DNA from: Corallochytrium limacisporum Hawaii
Taxonomy: Eukaryota > Protista > Pluriformea
Reading direction: 5' to 3'
Assembly (NCBI GenBank): GCA_002811645.1
Contig: PDIP01000046.1
Location: forward strand, 32,258-96,257
DNA: 64,000 nucleotides
The notes under the pieces were generated by a model. The model was given only the letters and a program-made list of their open reading frames with translations. It was not told where the DNA came from and ran no database searches. Shown here piece after piece: positions 11,080-24,200 of the stretch; position 1 is the first letter of the stretch, and every line of letters starts with the position of its first letter. The translations under genes and the position numbers were made by a program.

Positions 11080-12114
11080 TCATGACCGCTTCTTCGGCTG
11101 CTGATCTTTCAGTTGCTGCTGTCGCTGCTTCATGCGCCGTTCAGCGGCAGCGGCAGCGGCTTTCCTGGCGGAGCTAAGGCCCTTGCCAGTACCTTTGGGG
11201 TCTGCCAGCAGCAGATTGTTCCGGCTGGTCTGTTCGACCACGTTAGGTAGATCGTCTGTGGTGTCTAGAGGGTCATCTATTCCTCCACCAACCGCTGTTC
11301 CTAATGGACGAGGATTGAATACATCAGAATTTGTTGATGTCGCATTGGATCCCAACACGTGCCCTGTAGACTTGGTCCAGTCCAGCTGATCTGCCTCCTT
11401 TGTCAGTTCACTATTGAGTTTCTTGAAATCATCGTCGTGGTCATTATACACCATATGCGTCAATTCGTGGATCAGCACCTTTTTGATAGTCTCGTAGTAG
11501 CGGAAGCCCGACAGATCATCGGTCCGCAATCGCAGCGCTATCTCCATACCTTTGCCTTTATTGTATCCCAAAATGCATACTTCACTTACGCCTACCTTAC
11601 CTTCTGGCTCCATTTCGTGCAATTTACCCACAAGCCACTTCCTTTTCTTCATGACGGCTCTGATGCCGGGATCACTGTTTAGCCGCTCAAGCAAGGCCAT
11701 GGCTGCATACGGAGGCGGGCTCCTGAATTTATGTAATACTTCCATTGTCTTGAAGCCATACGTCTTCCCCCACTCTAGATCTCTATCCCGCACAGCGGAA
11801 TAGATAGTTGCAGAAGCATGCGTGCGATCATAGATGTGTTGTGCTGCTTTCAGCTTAGCCTCCTTCTGTAACGTATCCTGCAGCGTACTCTGCTCGGTTG
11901 CGAATAGGCGTATCAGTCCACCATTTGCGATAACCTTTATATCACTGATACGCTCTTCATCATGCACCTTAACACTGCCTGGAAATGCAAGCTTCACTGT
12001 TTCTACTGCTAGACTGAACTGCTCCACTAGAATCTTCTTGAACTCGCCATATGTACATTCGCATGATACTGTCACTGAGCGTACGCTACCCTTCCAGCTA
12101 ATCTTCACCTCCAT
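11080..12114 (-). CDS. UBL-WLM (Wss1-like) zinc metalloprotease
   Basis: N-terminal ubiquitin-like domain; WLM motifs LGYNKGKG, IALRLRTDD and HELTH; SHP-like GHVLG and VIM-like RKAAAAAAERR (Cdc48/p97 binding). Confidence 0.9.
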   Translation of the reverse strand: MEVKISWKGSVRSVTVSCECTYGEFKKILVEQFSLAVETVKLAFPGSVKVHDEERISDIKVIANGGLIRLFATEQSTLQDTLQKEAKLKAAQHIYDRTHASATIYSAVRDRDLEWGKTYGFKTMEVLHKFRSPPPYAAMALLERLNSDPGIRAVMKKRKWLVGKLHEMEPEGKVGVSEVCILGYNKGKGMEIALRLRTDDLSGFRYYETIKKVLIHELTHMVYNDHDDDFKKLNSELTKEADQLDWTKSTGHVLGSNATSTNSDVFNPRPLGTAVGGGIDDPLDTTDDLPNVVEQTSRNNLLLADPKGTGKGLSSARKAAAAAAERRMKQRQQQLKDQQPKKRS

Positions 12115-12827
12115 GGTACGGGAATTCCAATAATTCTTTTAAACCTCGCAGGGTTGAAACTACATGCGACGAGATTCCCAAACAGCACTGTTCAAACGCA
12201 TTTATACCACCTCAGAATGGGCATGCAAGAAACCATCATTTAACATCGACAGGTATGGCCTGACCGAATTCCACCTTCCGGAACATACCCTCCCACCTTC
12301 CAGGCCTAATCCTTCCGGTTTCCCCCTTTCCGGCCCGATATCCCAGAGGCTGCGGGTGGCCTAAAAGGAGACTGAAAGTCGGTGGGCACGATCAGTACTG
12401 CGCCAGAACAGGGAGAACCGTTCGAGAGGGGAAGGGGGAAGGGGGAGAAATTGCAATTGCAATATATGGGACCCGTGCAACCCCCGATCCACCAAGGTTC
12501 ATCAGGACAAACAAGTCTACGCAGGGTGATCTATTGGAAGCAAGTGAAAAAGAGGAGGTACACCCGGCGGGGGCGGGGGAGGGAAAGGTGGTGGTGAAGT
12601 CTATGTGTGTCGAAGGGATGTTCGGACGGCGCGTTTTGACCATTTGATTCGATGCTTGATCATTGCTGAAGATGAGATAGCCACAGACAAGCATGAGATG
12701 GTAAAGCACATTTGTCATGAAAAACTTTTGTGTACACTGAATCGGATATATTCTGCATTAAAGGATACTTTTGGCCAAAGGGAACGTGCTACAGTCTCCC
12801 CCCGTGAGACTGAGACGATTCCGCTAG

Positions 12828-13250
12828 TCACAAAGCCGCGATCTTCTTCTTGAGCTCGTCAGCGACAGGTCCCAGGCTAGGAGGATCCACGGACTTGGCA
12901 GGCCAGCCAATGCCGAGGCCTTCCTCACCGTTCGGCTTAGGGATGATGTGGAAATGAACATGCATCACCTCCTGGTGAGCCAACCGACCATTATTCTGCA
13001 GAATGTTGTAGTTCTCAGCTCCCAGAACCTTGGCGATCTTACTGGCAGCGGGCATGCACTCCGCAAGATATTCGTCCGGTATGTCGGTTAGTTTTTCGCC
13101 ACAGAACTTAGGAATCACCAAAGCGTGTCCCTTGGACAGCGGATTGATGTCGAGAAAGGCAAATACCTTAGGAGTATCGATGAGTTTCGCTGAAGGGATT
13201 TCGCCCCGGATAATCTTGCAGAACAGGCAACTTGCGGAGAGTCCGGACAT
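12828..13250 (-). CDS. HINT1: Histidine triad nucleotide-binding protein (HINT/Hnt1)
   Basis: CLFCKII, AFLDINP, GHALVIPK, LQNNG and HIT motif HVHFHII; ATG at 13250 (alternative in-frame ATG at 13262). Confidence 0.95.
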   Translation of the reverse strand: MSGLSASCLFCKIIRGEIPSAKLIDTPKVFAFLDINPLSKGHALVIPKFCGEKLTDIPDEYLAECMPAASKIAKVLGAENYNILQNNGRLAHQEVMHVHFHIIPKPNGEEGLGIGWPAKSVDPPSLGPVADELKKKIAAL

Positions 13251-13665
13251 GGTTCTTGACATAAACGTTCCTGGGTGCACAGTAGGAAACAATCAGTTGA
13301 GCGGTCGCAAGGATCTCGGCTCGCCTACCATGGAGCTCGAATACCTCCAACAACCCAGGAAGCGGACCCATCCAAACGTGTCATCTCTGTACACAGCAAT
13401 CCACAGGGTTGACAAACCTGCAAGCCACCAACTCTCGCACCCCTACACGTACCGTGACCTTCTTCCGAAACACAACCCTTCTGTGCGACCCTTCCTGACC
13501 AAACGTATCGGGGCTGGCTTATTTCCACGGTTGTGTACCCGCAGGGCAACAACAAACCTCCAAAAAGGAAACCCTGTCCTTGTCGACCCAAAACCGGACC
13601 CCTTCGTTTATAAAATTAAAAATTCATTTATAGAAATTAACAGTTTCGGCAGTCGAGAGAGTTGC

Positions 13666-13860
13666 AGCCAATCATAGATTCGCATTAGCTCGCGGGCCAA
13701 TCATCGGTTTCCGTAGTTCCGACAGCCCCGCAGTGGTGTGCTCCGCCGGGTCCGGCTTTCTCTTCCACCGCCCCATTGTTGTGTTTTTCTGCTCTCGGGG
13801 AATTTCCATACATTTTGTACGACTCTGGACCGGGACTTGGTAAAATATTTCGGCGGGAAA
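13666..13860. promoter_or_regulatory. Putative promoter: two CCAAT boxes plus an E2F-type site
   Basis: AGCCAATCA (CCAAT at 13668), GGCCAATCA (CCAAT at 13697) and GGCGGGAAA at 13852-13860; lies upstream of HINT. Confidence 0.4.
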
Positions 13861-16800
13861 ATTTCCCTCCGGCCGGCAACCAAAATCACCGAGAGAGGGC
13901 AGAACACGGAGGAGCGACTTCGAAAAACAAAAGAAAGACACGAGGAAAGCAAAAAGGCACAGAGAACCCTCCCGCGGAGGGGGCCGGGGAGAGAAGCAGA
14001 GCGGACAGAGAGGTGTGCGAAGAGCAGAAGGGCAGTGTTCCAAGGCGCACGACACCTGAGGCGAATCGAACAGTAGTGAACCGCGCAGGGGCTCCGTGAG
14101 GGAAGAGAGAGGCAGAGCCTCCTCTACCACACTGTGTATTTTTCCGGCCAGTTCCAGTTCCGTATCAAGCGGTGGTTTCATCGCTTTTCATTGTTTTCTT
14201 TTATATTTTACGTGAAGGAAAATGAAAAAAGATGTGAATGCAAATGTACAGGAAGATAACTTACCGTCGCACAAACACCCACACAGAACGTGAAAGATAC
14301 ATTGCCTTGGGCACCAATGAAAGGAGAAAAAAGTATCGTGAACAAAACTATCACCAACCAAGAGAACCCACAGTAAAACAACAAAAACAGGAAGAAAGAA
14401 TCAAACAGTATACTGAAAACACAGAGCAGAACCAACGCCCGCAGAACCCCGAACAAAGTATACAACTCAGAAATGGAGGATGGAGAGACAGAAAAATCTA
14501 CAGGCGTCCGAAGGAACCTGTGCGGTGGGTCTTCCACGGTGCGGCACCTAGACACCCGGTTCCGTTCGGTCGAAGGGCGCGCGCCAAATGTCGTGCTTTC
14601 CGGGCAGCGTCTGCTTCTCGAAACTGATGATATGTTTCTTGCTCCTGTGGCACAGCATACTGCTGCGGCACGGCCCAACATCATCCATACCCACCAAATT
14701 GTGTTTGAGAAAGTGATTCTACCACCATGCTGGGCTGGTCCTCTTGGGGGGGGGCAACACGGTGCGCACAAAACTTGGAGGAACGAGGTTTACGCGTAGG
14801 GACCTCTCGAGAGATAATCGATCATTGTACGCAAGAGCAAAGAAACAAAGAAACGGAGGAAAAAGAAAAGGGGAGGGTCGCATACTAAAATAAAGAAACT
14901 GGGCTGACAAACCAGCCGAAGAAGTAAAGCGCAGGATAAGGAGGCTAGCCACTTTCCAGGGCGAAACAGAAAACAAAAAGGGAAGGGATTAAAATGTATT
15001 TCAAAATAGAAATCCGGAAATGGCACGCGACAGAGGTTAGACGAGGGGCCCTCGCAAGCGCGCCCTATGGTCTCTCAGTGCTGACATAATGGAATTCGGT
15101 GATGAGACGTCTTTGTTGGGCTGAACTCGTGCCTTCTCTGTTCTGCGTCCGGACAGGTTCAGCCTCAAAATCGATGGAGCCGACCTGGTCGTCCAAATTT
15201 ACGTCTCTCTCTTGTCCATTTCGATTATTCTAATTCATCCTTATCATCCGTCTCTTGTCACAATTCCATCTCCATATTAAATATACTTCGATTCTCCCTC
15301 CAAGATACGTCCTTCGTCATGTTTTCCCTTTTCATTTTTTTCTGTTTTAGTTTTCTTGCCGGGGCCACAGGGTAACTGACAGGAAAGAGAGAGGGAGCCG
15401 GGTACTGCACGCGTTTCGCGCGCGCGCTTCTCCCGTATTTTTTTCTTTGTTTGTGTTCGCTGCCATAGCGAACCGCTGCTGATACCAAACCGTATTGCGT
15501 GTGCCCAGGTTTGGCCCTTCCCGTGAAGGAGGCGAATCTTTTCCAGAAAGTTAATCGACGATGGGCGACGCACCGAAGAAACAAAAATTAAAAGGAAAGC
15601 CCTGCAGCAGACCCGAGAAACAACCTCCCCCCCTTCGATTCCCTCACCCCCGGGGGGAGGGGGGGTTGTTGGCCCAGAGAGAGAGTGAGAGAACGCGAGA
15701 GAGAGGCTGGAGGGACAGACACGGACACAGCGCACACCCGAGAATCCTTGCGAGAAGGGGGGGTTCTCGTCCACCCACACGGCGGGCTCTCTCGTGTGTG
15801 TGTGTGTGTTGCTTTTCTTTTTTGTTTTCTGTTTTTTTTTTTGGTTTCTTGAAGAACCGAGAACAAAAGGTTTTTTTTATTTCGAAGGACCGTGGCGCCT
15901 CCAAGCCCTCTATGGCATCGCTCCCTAGGCGTATGCCGTCCTTCCCTCCAACGTTCGAATGCCTCTCCAATTTTTCTCTCTTTTTTTTTTCTGTTTGTTT
16001 CCGTCTGTTTGTAGTATCTGTTTTCCGTTGGCTCCGCAAGTTTTGTGATGGAGCGCATGGTGGGCGTTGCTTTGCGTTGCGGCGTGCAGTACTTAAAATA
16101 TTGGACCGCGGTTGCGCGCGCAAAATGGGGCTGAGCCTGAGGAATGACTAAAGGCACGCCCACTTCGCCGTTCCTTTACAAGTGAGAGACACGGGCGCAA
16201 ATCGCAAAACTACGGATGTGTTATTCCAAGCACACACGCCACCCACAGAACCGATACCAACACCATTGCAAACTGCACGTTTATCTGGACCTTTCCATGG
16301 CGGTACAACGGCACACAGCAGGTGTCCGCTGCTCGCAACTGAGCATCCGCTCCATGCTTGAAACAGAAGAGCTCAGGTGCTGATCACCTGCGCTTCTCTC
16401 CCGGGTGGGCTCGGTTGGTGCTGCCCGTGTGGAGTTTTCTGGGCATGGATGATGGTGGCTTTTGTTGTTTCTTCCAGGCCATAAGGGATTCCATGCGACG
16501 GAGCCGCAACTTGCCGCACCATTCCATGGCATCAATCTTTACATTCGAATGCGCCAGTGTCTTGGATTCACCTTCGGAGCAGTAGCAACAAATTTGCTCC
16601 CCAACGAAAAAGAACTGCCTACGTTGCGAATGCCTAGCGAATGCTTTGTGGTGAGCTCGGGGGCTGCAAAAGCTTTTGGTTGACGCAGAAGGATTCAGGT
16701 TGCGGGCTTTATGTTGTGTTTTCCCAGTCTTCTAAGTGGTCAATGTTCGAGAAAGCCAGTACTCCAATCTACCGTCAAGGATCTTCCTTTTCGTTCATTC

Positions 16801-17044
16801 GACACTCATAGTGGCTAGGATCGCGTACATTGGCGCCGTGTTTGGCGTTCACAGTGGTTTCCACTTGGCGAACCAAACAGTAAGGATTTGAGTTTGCTTG
16901 GTGCCTAGTGACACATTAACATGCTAGACACATCTTATGCACCCGACTGGCTACTTGAAGGGGGCAAGAGAGCAATGAAGTAGAACGATGGACAGTAGAC
17001 GGTAAATTCATCTGAGTGGTATCTCGGTTTGTAATACTAAATAA

Positions 17045-17867
<823 letters not shown>

Positions 17868-18255
17868 GTGATCCGGGTTTTGCTGTATGAAACTGCATGA
17901 CCGGTCAGCAGAGATGAGGCAAGTGGAGCACTGTATCGCCATGGCAGAATCACTGCTGCATGTGGTGTGTGGCTGACGTAGACCTTGGTTTGCTAGGTTA
18001 GCCTTGGCAATCCATGTTCCATATCGCCACCAGTGAACTGTCGCCCCTCACTCTGTTGCGTCCGTTGTGTGAAGCATGCAGTTTTGATCTATAAAACCTG
18101 ACAAATCTTAAGAAAGCAAACATCGACTTGCACCCCAACTCTATAGCTCATTTTCTGTGTTTGTGTTTATGTTTCTATTGCTATTGGTACAGTTGCCATA
18201 GTATTCTAAAGGCAGTACCCTTTGCAGTGTTTTCTTTTTACACTGGTGTGCACCT

Positions 18256-21200
18256 TTACACCCACGGTTCCCAGCCTGGCCATGTCCGGCCGAGAATACC
18301 ACTATCCGTTGCTAGTGTAATGAGGCAGTCCAATTGCTTCACTGGTCCCAGGAAGTTTTCCGACTTGCCCTCGCGCTTCATCTGAGTCAGAAGCTCATCC
18401 AGCGGCCGGCGGACGTGATCAAAATGTTCTGCAGCATGAACATTCTGTTTGACGAGCATCCGCGCCATACGCATTGGATGGTAGCCTTGCATCTTAAGCC
18501 TGGGCGCATCGAATCGCATTCGAACATCTTCGCTTATGGTTTCCTCGAATATCACCGTCGTGTCGTGGACCCTGGGCTCAGTGTCATTCAGCACATCGTT
18601 CGCACGGACAAGTCCCCCGTTCTGCTGTTGTCCATTGTCCGTACTAGTCTCACTGAGACTTAAATCCTGAGCAACTCGCTTTCGGTGCCGGCCAGTGTTC
18701 TTGAAGAGAGGATCACTCGCGTACAAATCCATAATGGATAACACGACTGTGGGATCCCGGCGGAACACTTCCAGAGTGTGACACATGGCGGGCACCAGGT
18801 ATGCTTCCCGCGTTAGAGGGGCGTTCATGTGCTCAATTTGATCGGTGAACCTGAAGGGCATGAGTTCCGGCACGCCCAGATTCACTATGGCCGAGTCAAA
18901 CGCGTGCCCAAAGTCAATACCAATCATGCGGCCGTCAATTTTAGACACCATCGTGTTTCCCAAATGACGATCGCCAATGCCAAGCAAGTAGTGAGCAATA
19001 CACATTGTTGCATAGGAACGGCTCATCACAGAGGCTGTCATTACGTAGGCCTCTGGACATGTCACTCCACGCCGCAGCGCACGGCGCAATAGGTTCCTTG
19101 GCATACGCTTGGTCAGGTTTTCCTGCAGGCTACGAACATCCTCATCTGTCCGCTCCACGTAGTTGAAGAGAACGTGTTTGTTGTTCTTTCGGTGGCCCAT
19201 AAAGGCTGTGTGAGCCCTCTGCGGCAGTTCTCGAGTGGCAACCTTGTGTTCCTCCTCGGTACAGTCGCTAAGAATAAAAGGCTTCAACTCCTGCACCTTG
19301 TCGATAAACTCAATGAGACCAATTTGGCTGCTGAGGGGATGTACGGCGTAAGTTTTCAGCGTTAATCCACGCTCCCTACACAGCTGGCTGTCCTTCAGAC
19401 GACTGTCCATGATCCTCAAAAGCTGCAGAATGCGCTCGTCAATCCGCATGTCTTCACCAGCCTTGAGCAGAAAGTTATATTCCCTTTCGTCACTGCCCAC
19501 AATTCCAAACTTGAAAGGTCGCATCAGACTCGGCATGAATCGCAGTCTTGTGTCAAAGCGATGTACCGTGACTATGGACCGAGGGTCGGGAACCCCAGAG
19601 GAGTGGTACTGGCCCGGGATATCAATCTTGGCTGCGAATGGGTCTGAGCCGTCGTAATTGAAGAAGCCACTCAATTGTCGCAACGAAACTGGGTCTTCCA
19701 AGCGGGCGGACCAATCCCGCAGTGCACCCAAGGCTCTAACAGCACTGCGGAACTCCATGCCTCCTTCGATTGTGGAGGAAGGCAGTGCCGTATTGACTTG
19801 TTGCCATATCTTCTCAATGGTATCTTCCCAGAACTTAGTCTCCTGAGGGCTGACAGAGGCGGTTTTGTCTACAGTAAGCGACTCCTCAAGTTCCCACAAT
19901 AGCCCCCGAAGCAGATCGAAGGGTACCCGCGCGCTCCATCGGGCCTCTCCTGTCACGCCACAATTCTTTCGGAAGTTCAACAAGGCTTCTTGCACGTGGT
20001 CCAGCCATATGCGGAAGCGATGACGTGGTCCAGAAGATCGCAAAAGCGCATGGTGGAACTGGCGAAGAATTGGGTAGATGTCAAGCTTCTCCTCGATTTC
20101 CACTAGATGCTCATCTCGATGTGGTTCACGGTTCCCTCCCTCTCCTTGGCTCCATGTCGCTTTGAAGGGGAAGAACACAGCCTGCGGATACTGCACCGCG
20201 AGGACTTTCACAACTTGGCTTACAATGTCTCTCATAAGCGGATTTCCCAAGAGAACTATGAGTTGTGGTATCCAATCAAGGAAACGATAGGCGGGCACTT
20301 GTCGCCATTCATCAGCAAAGATCTTTCGAGACTTGGACGACTTCATGCATGTCTTCAAAAGCAAAGGGATAAATTCGTACGGAGCAACACTCTGTACACA
20401 CTGACCACGTCCATGACGAGACACGCCTCCCCATTCGCCATCACTGAACAAGGCAATGGACTTCAAGATATGGGATATCACAACCGGACCAATGTCGGCA
20501 TCCTTCAGCTCGTCACTCCGGCCCTTTGTTCGACTCAGTTTGTACCAGAAAAGGGCATACTCCATGTGAACGTCGAAGAGACTAGTTTCTACACCACCAT
20601 CAACCCCGTCCATTCTGTCCTCGCCGCTCTCGCAGAGTTGCATGCAGCGATGCCATTCGGATTTGACATGGTCAGACCAACCGGGCGACGTTAAGTTCAC
20701 ATCTGGGAATGTTTGATTGGCAAAAATTTTCAATGCCGCGACCTCTGGATTGATAGCAAGCGTGTTCAAGATCTTCAGAGCACTAAACAAATCATCAGCA
20801 TGATCCAGTTCGCCCAGTGAGGGATATGAAACAGCTTCCAAAAGCCGACGGTAGGAGAGCTTCAAGTCATCAACAACCGCCGCGTCAACACTTACTGCAC
20901 TGACAAGTGTTTGAATAAACATCAGGCCAACTCGCATTCGCGATTGCGGTTGTGACAGTAGAAGATCCTGGTTCTGCTTGAGGATGAGTGTAACCTTGTG
21001 TACATCGGATTCCTGCGCCGCGTTCCTCATGAGAGACAAACCCAGCGCATGCTGATCCACCATAGGAAACGCTCGTTGCAGAGACTGCAGTATAAAGAGA
21101 TGTCGAGCACCTAACACCTCTAAGTCCTCCTCGGATAATCCATCTTCCTGTGTCGCCGCAACGCGAGATAAAATACCCTTGAGGACTGTGAAGCGGCGTA

Positions 21201-24200
21201 GCTGGTGTTGCAGTGGAAAATTTTGGTCTCTAGCATTCGCTAAGAAATCGAAGAAGTCAGGGGGTACTTGACGTCCACTTGACAGGCGAAACGCTTGTGT
21301 GATCATACTGGTGACATCCTCGCTCAGTTGTAAATCCATTAAAAGATGCGCTCGCTGCATCATCATGTGTGGGTGAAGACTGGTCCAAGTCTGCTGAATT
21401 CTAAGTTGATGAGTTTGGGCATGAACCTGGGCCATGCTGAAATTCAATTTGCTCAAGTCCAACAACATCAGCTGTTCAGCAATCTCGCTTTCAGTGTAGT
21501 GCCATTGGTCAGATCGCTGGTAGGCCTCAAGAATCTTTTGGACAGATTCCAAAACTCTTGTGTTCTTGCCACCCATGAGGCGGTACATTGCGCCAACGTA
21601 GGTGAAATCTGGAAGCAGCTCAGGTCTGTCAAAGATATGTTTCTCTGGATCTGCCTGATTTGCCAAATACTTTGTGAGCTGGAACCACTCACCAAGATCC
21701 TTCATACCAGAGAGCACCTTGTCTTCGATGTAGTCGATTTCTGCTGTCAAGAACGTTGTGTCAGATTCGGCCTTGTTTAAAGCTTCTACCCATTTGTTGT
21801 GAGCCTTGCACAAATGATTTCGATTCTCAAATCCAATGGCATCTTTCGTGGCCTGGTGTGTAGTCGCATCCTGAACATGAAACAGGCTTTGGACAACGTC
21901 AACTTCGTCCACATGTTGATAAAACGCAGCAAGCTGGACGTACTTATCAGCTACGTGTGACAGCGATTCCTCCTTTTTGCGACGTTTTGGTTCAGGCTTG
22001 TCAGTCGGAGACTGCTGTAAAAGGCTTTCTTCAAGAGCAAGGATACATGAGGCTCTGCTTCCTGCATTATTGGCATGACTAAACTGCAGATCACCGCGGA
22101 TAAACTTCGGATAGTCAGCCGCAAGTTGAGCCATAGGACCTGGAACAATCTGATCAGTCGAGTGAACTGTTGATAGGACGTCCTTGATGGTACGGGCCAG
22201 TTCAAGAGCTCTTCCATTCAGTACACTGCCATCATTCTCACCAGCCTTCAAAACAGCTTTGCAAATTTCAACAAACAAGATTTGCGCGATTACTGGATCT
22301 TGTTGACAAAGACTTTGCAAAGGTGCGATCATGTTCCGATGAGGAATGGACTCATCCGGAAAGTTTCCGGCTGAGTAGTCACCGAACACTGTGATCCGGT
22401 TGTGTTCACCACGTTTCATTGCCAGACGCAACAAGATTCGCTGGTTTCGTCGTCTTATTGCTAGTCTAGAATGTAGTCTACTGTCGTGGTCGCGCTTTGA
22501 AGTCTTCACCAGGTCGCCCTCCCCATCAAGGTTCATATCATTCTTGTGCGAAAAGGTGTTCGAGTAAATGGATCGCAATCGATCGCTCCCAAGACTTCGG
22601 CTGAGTACGTCTTCCCTCTGGTTTGAGTTTGAGGCCCCGCCGATATTCCCAAGACTTACATTTGTCATGGAACCAAAGATTCCAAACGAACCCGTCGCTG
22701 TGTTTAGGGATGGTGTGTTCGGAAGCAGCGGCACCATCTTCAGGGTATTTTGTTGGCTAAATTGCTGTGACATTCCAAAAGGAGCGAAACTATTCAGAAG
22801 TGTTCCGTTGTGTACGTCATGCAAGGACCTCATGGCGCGCCCATGCTCGCTGTGTGAGTCCATGATGCCATCTGCGATGGCTTTTGCATACTTGCTGCTG
22901 TGCTGGCATACTGCCAATGCTTCGTTGATCACACTTGCTATATACGTGTCGCTCATCGAAGGCAAGTAAAAGGTACTCATACTAGTCTGCAATCTGTGGG
23001 GAAGGGTCTTCGGGAGTTGTCTATGAAACCATTCATAGGCATCAAACCTTACATCAGTGTCGTCGTCACGGAAGCTTTGAAGCAAGTCCTGCCAAATGAC
23101 GGCCTTGATGCCAAGGCAAGTATCGTAGAGTGTCTGCAGAATCTGATAATGCAACTGTCGGCATCTCTGTGATGGGTGCTTCGGAAACGTGGTTCTCATG
23201 ATCTTCAGCAGTTCGGGTAGGGACGGCCATGCACCAAGTGGACTCACTCTAGCTGAGTCTTCGTCATCCATCATGTCCTCGTTATCGACTGGTGGCTGAG
23301 CAGCGCGCTTGAAGAAGACAAGTAGGGCGTGTTGCATTCCATCGTTCTTGATCTCCAGAACTTTCAGTAAACCTTTAAGACGAACAGTTTCCAAGACCGG
23401 CTCTCGATCAAAGCAATTGGAGAAAATGAGAACTGCCTTCTCTCGACCCCCGCTGCTGGCAATCTTTGAGTAGCTTTCGTCCACGAGTACAAAGAGGTTG
23501 TGGGTCACCATCTTTGGAATACGCTTGGACATAAGGTGCACGATCTCGACAAAGCGGTCTGGATCCTGAATGTAACGTGGGGTGGGACGTCCGGTCTGCC
23601 AAGATGCTGTGAACCTCGTAATCAACTCCAGCGCAATACCCCATCGATCTGTGTCGTCGAGCATGCGGAGGAAGGCTCCACAGGCTTCTGCCGCAGCCTT
23701 GTATACGACTTTTGAAGATGCCAAGAGTTCATCAAAAGTTTTCATAAGGCTACTTAGGATTTCTTCCAGACTGACAACATGGAAACATTGATTGGTGAAG
23801 AAGCAGTCTAGAACATTCAATGCAGCCACGTTTTCAAGCTTTGTCTGCGGCTTGTCTGGCTTGAAATTGTCCTTGACGTCAGCCCACGTTACTCGGACAC
23901 GTCCTCCCCAACGTTCCATTACTGCACGCAAGGTTTCCAGTCGTTGCGATAGAAGCCTTTGGTTATTGATGAAAAAGTTTCGACTGTAGTATCTCACCAC
24001 ATCCTGCGCAACATGATCTTCCGGCACATAGCCCCAATCGAGAAGTATCAAGAGCAAGTCCATTGCTAGCAATGACAGTGAAAGCGGCAAGAGTTTCGAC
24101 CGTAACAAGAACTGACTAATACGTTCACCCCACTGAGAACTATGTGACCGAAAGTACGAGCTTCTGTGGCGAACCAATTTCGCAATATAAAACATGGCCG

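Noticed and set aside
16010-16024. GTAGTATCTGTT, resembling the U2 snRNA branch-recognition sequence
   Set aside because: Flanks do not match the U2 5' stem or Sm site; lies in low-quality sequence
13672-16163. Several 100-200 aa K/R/F-rich ORFs (similar ones at 49.1-51.2 kb and 57.3-63.9 kb)
   Set aside because: They arise from homopolymer-rich, probably erroneous sequence or span N-gaps
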